Of a stretch of DNA of 64,000 nucleotides, positions 38,186 to 50,314 are shown piece by piece. Position 1 is the stretch's first letter; each line of letters begins with the position of its first letter. This stretch comes from Glaucostegus cemiculus (taxonomy: Eukaryota): contig CDPCPM010000007.1 in NCBI GenBank assembly GCA_976551045.1, positions 8,494,001 through 8,558,000 on the forward strand, in the 5' to 3' direction. A program made the translations under genes and the position numbers. The notes under the pieces were generated by a model, which saw nothing but the letters and a program-made list of their open reading frames with translations, searched no databases and was not told the origin of the DNA.

Positions 38186-38237
38186 AGAGGAACACAAGAA
38201 ACTCTAAGATCTCTTAGAGGAACACAAGATCTCTAAG
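38186..38237 (+). repeat. Short tandem duplication, period 30 nt
   Basis: AGAGGAACACAAGA at 38186 and 38216, each followed by CTCTAAG. Confidence 0.85.
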
Positions 38238-40499
38238 CAAACCTGCAAACCATACTATAATCTCCCATTGGCAAGATGCCCTCCCAAAGTTCTACACAGG
38301 TCACAAAGCCCTCCCCTCACCAGCAACCTTTTCCTTCATTTCTAAGATCTCACCCACTTCCCCTGTCATTCTCTTCCTTGTTCAATGATCTTCCCCTCTC
38401 ATCAATCTCCTACAGTCCAATGTCTCTAATAATGACCTTCCTCCACGGCCACCCTATATATTTAACCCTCGATACATACACCTCTCATTGCAGTCCCATG
38501 AAAATCATTCCCTAATCTCTCCCAGTACCCCTCAAAGTCTTCCTCAACAACTGAACTCTGTGTGTTACAACCCTCAGTGCCTCTCAATTGTGCTGGTTTG
38601 AGTTGGAAAACAGAAATACTGGTAATCAGATTCTCCCATTAAATGCAAGAGCACCTGGCTTTCCTTACCTCAAAAAATACATCTCCATTGCTTCTCAACT
38701 TCCTTAAGAATCTCTGGAATTAGTCGAAAATACAGAAGACCACATTTTGGTGAGGTCCAGTCCAACAATAAGAGAATGGAATGGAAAGAGGTGTAAAATG
38801 GTAACTTAAAAGGAAAGAATTGCCCAAAATACCTTACTATAATTTCACAGGTTCCCATCCTTGAACTCATCAGCAGATTTGTTCACCGTCTTCTGTTGAT
38901 TCTGGCCTTGAGCAATGCAGAAGACGTGCCCAAGTCGTCCTGCGTGCTACATAGTTTGATGGCGTGATTGACTAAACTCATTCAAGCAGAACTATACTGA
39001 TAGAAGAATACGCTCACTCCCTCAATCTGGGTTAGATTGAAATTTAAGCAACAAAATTGAAGGAACAGCATACCATCGCAGTGCACCCTGCCATCCCTGG
39101 TGGGTTCATGCTTAAAAAAAACAAAATGGTTCAGTCTAGCATTTTAAAGCATAGCTCAGTCTCCCTGTGATCTGGAAGGTATTAAAAGCAGACTGTTTTC
39201 AAATGAGTTCGACCCAATGATTTTAGCATGTTATAACAAGGGCTTGACTACTCACAGATACAGACAAATGAAAACACATATTGTACATTTTACTGAGTAA
39301 TGAGTGAAATATTACTGTTGCAGCCTGAATGACAATGAATCAAAAGGTGTTTTTTTGTAAACCCACATGGAAATCCTATCAAACACACCTTCACTAAAAT
39401 GCTCAATGCTTGCTTTGAAGAAAAAAGGTTGTTCAGGTTAAAAAGGATTTTTTTTTTAAACAGCATTAGTAATTGCTGAAGGTGTGTGAATCATGCAAAA
39501 GATGTGGAAAGACCATCTGCAAATCAGTTTTTCATTAAGCCGATCAGTTTAATGCATTGCAGCAAACTGTGGATTCTGTGAACTGTCTTATAGTAAAGTT
39601 AAAAGAAAAATATTGGCTCCAGCGAGCAAAACACAGAACAAGCAAAAAGGAGGAAAAATAGCATATGATTTTCATGGAAAAGTAAACAATAGTGAACTTA
39701 TTAATTAACAGCAGTTGGCTTGGATTCTGAAGTGCAAGAACCCAATTTGCCCCAATGCTGTGAGGAAATTATGATCCAGAAGACTATTAAGTCCTACATG
39801 ATACACTTCAACTTCTAAAAGACTTTTGATGAAGTTATGCAAGAGCTTATTAATTAAACTCAAAGGTGTGAAATTTCAGAATAAATTTTTGAACAGATGT
39901 GAAGTAGACTAAAAGGGGAGTGAACAACAGGATGCTGTATTTATATTCAATTAATACTTGTCAAAAAAGTTTTGTCAGAAATGGGTTAACAGGACTCTGC
40001 AAGCCAGAGCTTTGTTTGATATTTATTCTCTGTTACTTTGTTCCATTAGATTCCCGAATCCAGGCAAAGTGTTCATATATAGAGATAATCATTGCAGCCA
40101 ACTGGACTGTACATAGTAGGGGAAAATAAACAGACAAGCGTTATCCATTAAGTATGCTGAAATGAGTACGTTGAAATTAAGTATGCCAAAGATGAAGCTG
40201 GTAGAGATTACAGCTTTGTCTTTGAAGAGATAGCACTATTCTTGCCAGTGCATGGCAGCAATTAAATTTCATGGTGCAAACATGAGCATATAAAAATCAA
40301 TCCTAGCAGGACAACCATATTTGCAGCTTGAATATTAAATCTAGTTTTAGTGCAAAAGGGACCTCCAACCATTGGAATGAGTGGAGTCCAGATATCTCAG
40401 TTATGATGAAAGATTGGGAGGCTAGGGGCTTCAGCATGGAAAGAAAATGTTTCTGAGCTTATCTTAAAAATATATATTGGATTGTAAAGGGTATAGAAA

Positions 40500-40725
40500 A
40501 AATATTACTTTACACTGTCGGGCATGCACAAACTGGCAAAAAGTAATTTTGGAACTAACAATTAAAGTCTTTGATTGATCAACGTATGAAGTAGACTTTC
40601 CAGATATAATGGAAGAGGCAAAAATCCTGAAACCATTTAAAAAAAAATTAGCTGCTGTGATCAAAGGGTCCCCCTGAATGGATGAAATATGATGTTACTC
40701 TTCTAAATATTTTGTGATCTGTGAA
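40500..40725 (+). mobile_element. Very old CR1 3' remnant
   Basis: GGAAGAGGCAAAAATCCTGAAACCATTTAAAAAAAAATTAG resembles the CR1 VEA..L..FKKxLD coding end; tail TTGTGATCTGTGA. Confidence 0.4.
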
Positions 40726-42719
40726 ACTTCAGCCGTTGAATTGGCCTTTTGCCATCTTTCAGCGCTGTCCTTTCCACAATATACAGACTGAAGTAAAACA
40801 AGCAATTTGATCGAACCTGCTCCATCATAACATAATTTAACCTGTACTGTTAATCAATAAGATGTAATTTGATCGCAGAAACACAGATGTTTCTCAAAGA
40901 GCATTTTATTAATTCTTAGTTTTAAACTAGTGCAATGAAAGCTTTAGTTTCCATTTTTAAAATTAACACTACAAATACCAGTGTTTCAAACACAGAACCA
41001 ACAGATAAGGAATGCAGCATAATGATTAAATGCACATCTCAAGTATACATGGAAAAAAAAAGAGTCATTTTAAATTCTGAAAATTATCCTGATTCACTGC
41101 ATTACCATAGAATGTGGCTTTGGGAAGCAGACCCTCTAATTCAACATTTATGTCTGTTTCATGATTTACTGGCTACTGCTCTAAATAGTCTGTATGCAGT
41201 ATTTAAAAAAGAAACAGCACCTCACCCATCAAAGAACAGGTGCAATACACCAAGTCAGTGTGTGTCTAAACCAGGCCATGTGTCAATATACAATACACAT
41301 AAAATCTCTCTGTGTAGGGTTCAGAAAGTCTTACGTGCAAATAATTTTGTTTAATTGTACTGTAACTCAGAACCACTAGAATTTTTCCATTTGCTCTGAA
41401 AGAACCCATTCAAGAAATGTTACTAGTATAGCCTGAACACTGGCATGTTTGCAATTTAGTAAGACCTTTAAAAGGCAGCTATAATGTCCATTTTTAGCAG
41501 TGGCTCAAAAATTCTATCTCCCTCCCCCTCCCCCACAACCTCTAATTTCTATCAAGCCAAGTCAGTCATTGATGATGTTTTCACGACTGAAAGAACTCAA
41601 ATTATGACTCGGCCGGCGACACAGTCTTTTGTAACAATGAATTTCCGTTCAAAATCTATTCAGGATTAGTAACTCTGCTACCTATAATAGTGAGCAGATT
41701 CAGCTAACAGGGCCAGGCTTGTCGTGTAAGATGTGGCACTGACACAGAAGCCACAGATCAGTTGGCCTTTAGGAAACTTTGATTTCATGATAGCATTGTA
41801 AAATAAGACTGGCAGAATTATCATCCACTTCCCCAGCTCAAAGTTGTTAAGTACTTCCTGAAGTACATGGAGTACTATTTAAGTTTTTATTTTTTAAACT
41901 GTAACAGAGTAAAAATATTTGGGTCAGTCAATTGTTGGCAGCCTCATCATCCAGAGGAACATATACACCAAGTAGTCCAACTCTGCATTCTGAGGATTGA
42001 TGTGTTGATGATTGAGAGTTGACTGACAGGGTGGTAGTTGGCTTGAATGGGGTTGTCCTACTTTTTGAGAACAGGTCACACCTGGGAAACTTTTCAGTTT
42101 GTTGGAGAAATGCTTGTATTGCAGCTGCAATAGGACAGCTTGGCTCTAAGGCACAGTTGGTTCTGAGCATCACCGTTGGGATGCTTTCATTGACCATACC
42201 TTTTGCTACATTCAATGCATTGCGTTGTCTCTTGATCTCACACGACTCAGCTGGCTGAAGGATGGGGTCTGTAATGGTTGGGAACTCCCAATGAGACTGG
42301 GTGCAAACACTTCAGCCTCACTTTGTACAGTCAAGCTGGGGATGGATATTCATGGGGAATCCTCCCATTAGACATTTAATTGCCCAGCGCCACTCAAGAC
42401 TAGATGTAGCAGAAATGCAAACTTTAGATGTGATACATTGGTTGTGAAATATCAAAACTCTGTTCATAACCTGTTACTTCCACTGTTTAACATGCCTAAA
42501 GTCCTATATAAAGCTTCACTGGGTCGTCTTCTCATTCTTGGGTACACCCTGTAGTGCTCCTGCCAGTCTTATCTACACTCCTCTTGAGCCTCAGCAATTT
42601 CCTGGTCCAGCAGAGTGAGCAGTATGTTGGACCACGATAGCGCTGGTATACAATTGTACAGCCACCCAATGCCTGCAGTGCCTAATGAATACCCAGTTTT
42701 GAACCGGTACATCTGTTTC

Positions 42720-42855
42720 CAATCTGAAGCAAAATAATGGAAGTTGGAAATTTAAATTAAAAACAAAGTGTTGGAAATTCACAGCAGTTTTGTTGAGCTT
42801 TACTCTTCAGAGATGCCACCTGACCTGCTACCTCTGACACTTTATGTCTTTATGT
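42720..42855. mobile_element. Decayed inverted pair of Penelope-like termini
   Basis: AAGCAAAATAATGGAAGTTGGAAATTT...GTGTTGGAAATTCACAGCAG followed by the opposite-orientation AGAGATGCCACCTGACCTGCT. Confidence 0.55.
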
Positions 42856-42869
42856 TCTCAATCTATCCC

Positions 42870-43345
42870 ACTTGGCTCAACAATACAATAACGGGGTGAC
42901 GACAATGAATGGGCAGTGGTCAATCCTATCAAATCTTTCCTAGGCAATGTATCTGCAACAGGTAGATCATCAAGGTTGAGATTAAATTGGTTTTCTCCCA
43001 CATTTGTTGGTTCTCTTACCATTTGGTACAGGCCCAGTCACACCCTTCAAGATTTTGCCAGCCTATTCTATTAAATAATACTAAGTCACTAATGAACATG
43101 GACAGGGAAGGTTCATTCATGTCCTTTCCAGCCTCAGCGTTGCTTACCTTGAAGGAATAGTAACTTATCTACTCAGAAAGGACAGAAGGCAGTAATTAGA
43201 GGTTTACTTGCCCATGTTTGATCTAATATCATGAGACACTATGGAGGCTAGGGTCAATCATGTGTGTTCACAGGCTACGTCCTTTTGAATGTACACCACT
43301 GTGCTGCTCCCTTTTCTGGGTCTCCCTGCTTGTGATACACATGAA
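42870..43345 (-). mobile_element. Family-B LINE endonuclease fragment, reverse orientation
   Basis: Minus-strand frame SQAGRPRKGSSTVVYIQKDVA is homologous to DTPSTRGGTVVSRQEG in the plus-strand copy at about 44050. Confidence 0.6.
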
Positions 43346-43374
43346 TTGTGACGGTGGATTCTGGAGCACTGGCT

Positions 43375-44950
43375 GAAGTGTATGATTCTAATAACCCAGA
43401 TACCTGGACTAGATACTAGACACAGTAGTTCAAATCCCACCATGGTAGCAGAGCAAGTTATATTCAGTCACTTCACTAAACTTAGAAATTTGGAATAAAA
43501 AGGTTAGTTTTAGTAATGATAACTAGAAAACCACCATAAAAGCCCATAAGCAAAATACTGCAGATGCTGCAAATCTGAAACAGCAGGAAAAGCTAGAAAT
43601 ACTCACAAGGTCAGGCAGCATCTGTGGAGAGATGCTTCAAGTCAATGACCTTACATCACAATGTAATACCCCATATGGATCACTGACGTAGTTTAGGAAA
43701 GAAATGTGCCACCTTACCTGGTCTTGGCTATTTGTGATTTGGCACACAAACAGCTGCCACCAAGCAAGTCATCACTATAATCAGGAGGACAAAATTTTAC
43801 AAACTAAACCCAGACGAACCATCTGACACTAACCTCGGCACTAGATTTAAATTCACCAAAGTCACAATCGAACTTGTGAAGACTTCCTCGCAAACATCTG
43901 ATAATTTGTGACAAGTTTCCAGATGTTGCCCTACTGTCAGGTGAAGCAACAGTTTGACTATAGTCATGCTCATAGCATCATATCTGTCAGTCCTTTTCTC
44001 AGATTTCTTCATCACCATTCCTGGGTACGTCATGTCTGATGGGAATGACACACCCAGTACAAGAGGTGGGACAGTGGTTTCCAGACAAGAGGGATTATCC
44101 CTGGAGATGCCCAAGATTGACATGGCATCATGGACAATGAGAGCCCACTGGTAATTACCACCAACTGCTCTCCCTCAGCTAATAATCAGTAATCCCCCAC
44201 GCTGAACATATTCAGAAGAAACATCGAAGGCAGAAAGAGAACAGAATGCACTCCAAATTGGAGGACTTTAATGTTAAACCCAAGACCAAGAATGGCTTGG
44301 ACCACTGACCAAGGTGACTGAGTCTGGAAGGAAATGGCTACTTTACTGGCCATGTTTTAACCAATCTACCTGCTGTAGCCTCAAGCTATAGCTAACAATG
44401 ACAATATTACAATCCTGTGGACACAAAGTCTCACGATCCATTGCTTTGAGAGGCCACGTCACCATGGTTGAAAACTGAAAAAACATTTTGAATTCAAGAA
44501 CTCTAAAACGTCTGTCAGTTTTTCCCAGATTCAATGAGAATAACTGCTGTTGACAACAGATTTAAAAATATTAATCTGTCACATCAAAGAGTGGGTAAAT
44601 GGAAATTAAGAAGAAAGCTTTCATGGGAGTCATTCCTAGCACAAAACAAGATGGTTGTGGTTAATGGGACAAATGCTTCCACACCACAATAGGAGGAGTT
44701 CACAAAAACAGTCTCCAATGCCCAAACATCTTCAGCTGCTTCAGAAATGACCTTTCCCTCCAACATATAGGACAATAGTGTGGATCTTTGTTGATCACTG
44801 CACAGCTTTCAACCCTCATGTACGAAGCAGTTTATGCATGCTGCATGACCCAATCAATACTCAGGCTCATGTGGCAAGTAATAATGGCACAACAGTGCCA
44901 GGCAGTCACCAACAATCACCAGAATAGTCCCTAGCGTTCTAACCACTGTT
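43375..44950 (+). mobile_element. CR1-clade LINE (family B) with tRNA/SINE-like head, decayed
   Basis: B-box GTTCAAATCC (43428-43437), TTTAGGAAAGAAATGTGCCACCTTACCTGGTC, APE remnants ITIPGYVMSDGNDTPSTRGGTVV and IGGL/FNV (GDFN-like), and an RT remnant at 44580-44900. Confidence 0.72.
43549..43662 (-). mobile_element. Penelope-like terminal fragment inserted in the LINE head
   Basis: Plus strand reads AAGCAAAATACTGCAGATGCTGCAAATCTGAAA...GGTCAGGCAGCATCTGTGGAGAGA...TCAAGTCAATGACCTTACATCAC. Confidence 0.78.
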
Positions 44951-47900
44951 GATTAAGTTACACCATCCAGCCTAAATGCAGAACAAGTAAATATTTAAAC
45001 TCAAAATGCCATTTTAGTGAGTTGACATGGGAGAATTTGGAGCATTTAGCAAACTTTGAAGATGCCTAATCTTTCCACCATTTTAGATGTCTCCTTTGAT
45101 CCAAACAGACTCAGCTGGTGACTAAATGCAAGATTTCAAAATATAGTCTCAGATACAAAGAGTAAACGCCACATTGCTTCTGTGCACCAAAGTGTCACAT
45201 CGCTTGTTGCAGGAATAAAGTCTGCCAGTCGGGAGCTAAGTACACACAACTCCTTCTGACAGGGTTTAAATTCTCTATTGCAATGAGGCCAATCTTCAAA
45301 TTGTTTGGGATTTTTTCTTTCAATCCATGTATGGTCTAGTTGCCTATACTGTGTTAGGGCACTCTGAAATGTCAGTCAGTTTTCCCCACATTGTGTTGTA
45401 CAAGGTTCTCTTTGTCATCCCACCTCTGCTCCAGCTGCAAGATTGCACACCTGCCGTTTGAAGAAAATACTGCAGAGCTTTTGATTGTGTTCGACTTTGA
45501 TAATCATACCATGATGTTCAGCAAACACGTATACACACACACACACGTGTGCACACATTGGTGGGCATGCACTTCAGAAAATGGAGTTAACAGAAAACAG
45601 GTGGCAGTGTTTCCCCATCATCTCCCATACCACCCCCTTTCCCGATCATGACTAAAACAGGTTTTCCATCTGTAAAATGGTAGAGCCTTTGATTTCTTTG
45701 GATTGAAGTGCTACTCTTTTTTTTTAAGAATTATAACATATTGGTTGTTTTCTTACTTCATTGGTTCCATGCTTAATGCTTTATAATTATTGCCAGAAGA
45801 CTCGATGGTTTATATTCATTTTCTATGCGTAGTATATCATGGATTACATTTAACAAAAGTAAAACATTTCACAGTGTATCAAGAACTTTTGATTGGCAAA
45901 GTGTGCACACAAATCCTTACTGTACGTACAAATGTTTTCATATTTGCTCTGTGTGCACTGTTATCATTTTAACAGAGAAAAATTTACCAAGCAGAACTTT
46001 TTACAAAACATATAAATTATAAGCATTAAATAATATTTGGTCACTGATAAAAATGAGTAAAGTGAAGGGCAAGAAGATATTGTGCATGACTGTACAATGC
46101 TGTATGACTAACTGGTAGGCTTGGATTCATGTCTGCAATTTTCCACACAGTAAACTCCCAATTTTGACTGAGATATCAAATGCAAAAAAAGGAAAACATG
46201 TGCTTACCACAGGAAATTAAAATTGCCCCCAGGCTATCCTTGGTGTATCTTAGTTACAGAAGTGAGATCAACAATTGTGAAATACATTGTCAGTCAGCCT
46301 TTTTACCTGGCACATGGTTGATAGAACTAGGAAAAGCATTAGAACCAGAAGATGACAATAAAAAAGATAAACAGGAAAGGGGTACAGAAATGAGTAAACT
46401 TATTTGTCAATTTACTCCTCTCCTGAAAGCATTAACTGTTACTGAGGTGTTCCCTTGGACACATTGGCCGTGATAATCAAACTCTCCCCGATGGACAAAA
46501 GGGAGTTGCAGTGGTCGGGTGAAAGTGATAAATATGGGGCAAGGGATTCTAAGTCAAATCATTTTTTTTTATTATATACAGTGGTGACTATTGAGGTGTA
46601 TGAATAATTTCCATGGGAAGAGATGGGACTCTTACTGAAAATTTAAATCAAGCTCCCATAATACAACGGGAAATGCTCATGAAGCCTCTCCAAGGAGAAA
46701 TTCTATTATTGTGTTCACTAACGGCCAACCCTTTTGGAAGTTACATGAAGGGAGATCCTCAAGTGCTTCTAAGAAGAAATAAATCTGGAGTGCATTGAAG
46801 AGGAATTGTTCACAGGGTGTGTCAGAAGGGACATTTTTGTGGGCTGTGCTCTGTCAATGGGAAATCTTTATGGAATGCATTGAGGAGAAAATACCCCAGA
46901 TTGGGTTCATGGATATTTTTCTTACACACTCTTGGGAGAAGCCTGTTCATAATCTGCTTGGAGTACATTTATACTTGGCTGTGCGTTGATTATGGGGAAT
47001 GGGAGTATTTCCAGCAGTATTACTGTCTGTGGCAATTAGTTTTTAAAAGGACAGTCCAGAGAGGACAACAGTTTTTTAATAATATCATCCTGTTGTACTT
47101 GACGGCACATTGATAAAGTCAGCATACACCAAATTAAAAAAGAAGACAATTACATTGATTTGCATTGAATGCCGCACAGTCAGGAAGTGTAAACTCTTGC
47201 AGTACAACATCTGAGGATGAATCCTAAGGGAATTCTTTGGAATCTGCAGACCCCTAAGGGAACGTCTTACTGTCACGTTCCTTCTGGAGTCTATTGAGAC
47301 TGTATGAAGAGGCATCCTTGTGGAGCATGACGGGTTATTTCTGAGTTTTACCTGGTGAGATACCGTCAAAGTTTGTCGAGTGAATTTTTATCAAAATTAT
47401 GGGAATGTGGTTTCGTGGAACTTCCCAGCACGTCATGTTGAGAATGTCTAAAGATTTAAATAATATGTAGTTTCAGCCATGCATTAGAGGATAAAAGGAT
47501 AATATTGATTCATCCACTATCTGTAAAATTAGTGGAATTCACAAAGAGATGACATGGAAATCATCTGTCTTATACAATCACCTAATGTCACATTTGACCC
47601 TTGCACTTTTCAGAGTTTCACTGAAAATCACATTGAGGGAAATCATATCAGACTATGCAATTCAGGGACGTCTATGAAAGTTGCTTCAAAAGATTTTCGA
47701 ATAGAAAGTTGAAAGGAAACTTCAAAGTATGCGCCTCAGACTATCTGGGCAAATCGTATTTGGGATAAATTTTGCTGAGTATATTTAGTGAGCAATCCCT
47801 TTAAGACGATCATGAGTTCCTATCCAGGCCAGAATCTTTAAGGGGAAATTGAATTACAATGTTTTCTTTTCAATTCAATACCTGTTGCTTTTTGAAACAG

Positions 47901-50314
47901 ACACAACCAAACTCAATAGGATGACAGAATTTAAAAAGGACAGCTTCCAGCTTGCCCATATAAGGTCTGACCTACAATCAGTAATGCTATCTGCAAGGAT
48001 TCTGCCTGTCCATCCTGAGCATTATACAGGTGTTTTCACTTGGAAGAAGTGTTCTCAAATCCAAGCAGCAGCCATTCCACATAGTCATTAGGGTATACTT
48101 TAGACTAACAACAATTCCTTGAAGGATTATGCTCTGATAAAATCTGAGGTCCCTATTTGCAGATTTTATTGCACATACTTTGTGTGCACAATTATTCTGA
48201 ACTGTCACCGATTCTGAATGTTTCTGCTGAGAATTAAAAAAACATTTGTGAAGCATTCCACTTTCCATTTCTATCAATTCCCAAGGGCCCTGCTTAAAAC
48301 CTAACACTGTAATACCAGTCTACTGTGGCTCTGAAATTTTAAAAAAATCATATGTCACATAATTGGCATGACGGTTATGCCTTCTGGGTTCAGCTTGTCA
48401 AGATTGTTCTAGCCACAATGCTAGGAAAATAATAGCAGAATCAATAAAATGGAAGAGATATTTGCAGCTGTTGTGTGTCAATAAACCTGTAATAACTCTT
48501 TAGGTTGTGCTGACCAAACATGATTCTAAAACCTTCTCAGCAACATCAAACATACTGATTTGTAAGGAGGACAAAGAAAGCACCTTCATGGAAAACCAGC
48601 AGATCCATTACTAGTTAAAAAAAAAACACGTTTGTTACATAATGTTCAAAAATTTCCTTTTTTTAACCTGTCGTTTTTTCTTCATTTTGTAACCTTGTTA
48701 CTTTACTAATTAAATATAGGATTCTGTTCTCACCTTCACATCTATCAAATATTCATAGCATTCCAGCTGAATGTTAAATAACTCTTGCTATTAGTGGGTG
48801 TCCTACGTGAATACACAGATAAGATCTGAAGAATGGATTCTATAATTACTGTATATTCTCTGCATGTCAAAGATGATTAATAGTGTTGGCAAGTGCCTAA
48901 TATATTCTGAATTTTAATCTTCTACACAAAACAATTTTTCAAAATAAATTTGAATGTTGTCAATCATTTACTAAAGTTTGAAAGTTTTGTAAATCTAAAC
49001 AACTCGATCAATGCTCAGATGAAAACACCAACGTTAGCAGGAAACAAATTTCAAAGAGAAGCCTATTGATAAACATCTGATCATCTCAATATTTGTTTTT
49101 TTTTCCAAAAAAACATCATGTAAGAAAGACCAAATTTACTTTACAAAACAGGCCCATCAAAGTCACGTGTTTCCAGCTTGGCAAGATTCTTAAATATCAG
49201 TGAGCATCAACAACATCACACTTTCAACTGAACAGTCAGCCCTCAGGAAGGTCAACTTGTGATGTCAAGTAAACATGTTGAAACAGCAATGGCCTTTCAA
49301 GTTATTAATCATTTCATGACTCTTTGGTGCGACTTGTTAATGTCAGCATTCCAAAGAGCTACTTTTCTGCATAATTATTAATGTCTTGGTCTCAGAGTCC
49401 AAAAAAACTGCAAGACTTCAGCCACACCTAGCAAGTACTCCTTTTCTGAAGTATGATTAGGAATGTCCATCACAACAACCACATCCGAAATTCATCAATC
49501 AGACTCTTTGTTAAACAGCGTTTCGTGCCCAGCTTCATTCATTGATTCTAAAAATATGTTTGGCTTAACAATCACAGCCTGTTGTGAAAGAACAACATCT
49601 AAGAGATGTACAGTGAGCTAACACTCAACCAACATCATATAAACTTGCTAATCAACTTATCAAAGTGAGGAAGGGAATCTAGTGCGAAAATATTTGGACT
49701 ACTATCACTAATAATGCAGTAAAATCTCCTAATACAGGCCACCTCTCGAGATCAATTTTTTGATCCCTTAAAGGTAAAGGCTGCAAAGTGAAACCATTCT
49801 TCCTTCTGTTTCTTTGAGCAACTAGTTCACTGACCATGACTATACCTATACATTTATTCCTCATTATTAACCATGTTACTTTCACTTTGTTGGGACACCT
49901 TCATTTACTTTTACAAAACTATCAATGAGTTGCATGGAACAGAGATATGCATGACCAATTAATGGAAAAAACAAAACCAACTCAATAATCATCAATTTGA
50001 AAAACTTTCTAATAAATAGCATTAACCAATCAGTTAAAATTGCATAGCCTTGGAAACAATGTCCTCAATTTAAATTTATTTTGTTTCTAACTTAACTAGT
50101 CCCATGTACTTTCAATGAATTTGTTATATTTTTCTGTTCACATTGTTTGAATTTTAAAGGTTGTAGCCATAATGGTCTGGATTATATTGGTTGACTTAAT
50201 TGATTATATAATTGTTTTCAATTCTGTTATTTAGAAACACAGCCATCACAAAATATTGTCTTTTGAAGCACTAAATATTGTATGCATATGAATGATCAGA
50301 ACTCATTTTCTTAC

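Larger units (their letters stand above)
1..50314 (-). other. ZFHX4: ZFHX4 long intron (>50 kb, continues beyond the window start)
   Basis: Begins with donor GTAAGA. I recognised no further ZFHX4-like coding exon in 1-50314, although the protein must continue to its homeodomains. A short missed exon cannot be excluded. Confidence 0.75.

Noticed and set aside
46490-47000. Possible Gypsy/LTR RNase H relic (IIVFTNGQPF, WAVLCQ)
   Set aside because: The motif resemblance is weak and in the wrong order, and I saw no LTRs or other pol motifs.
2576-49885. The many 60-170 aa ORFs in the intron
   Set aside because: They are either fragments of the annotated retroelements or chance ORFs, many with non-ATG starts. 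None shows a recognisable host protein domain or ZFHX4 exon sequence.
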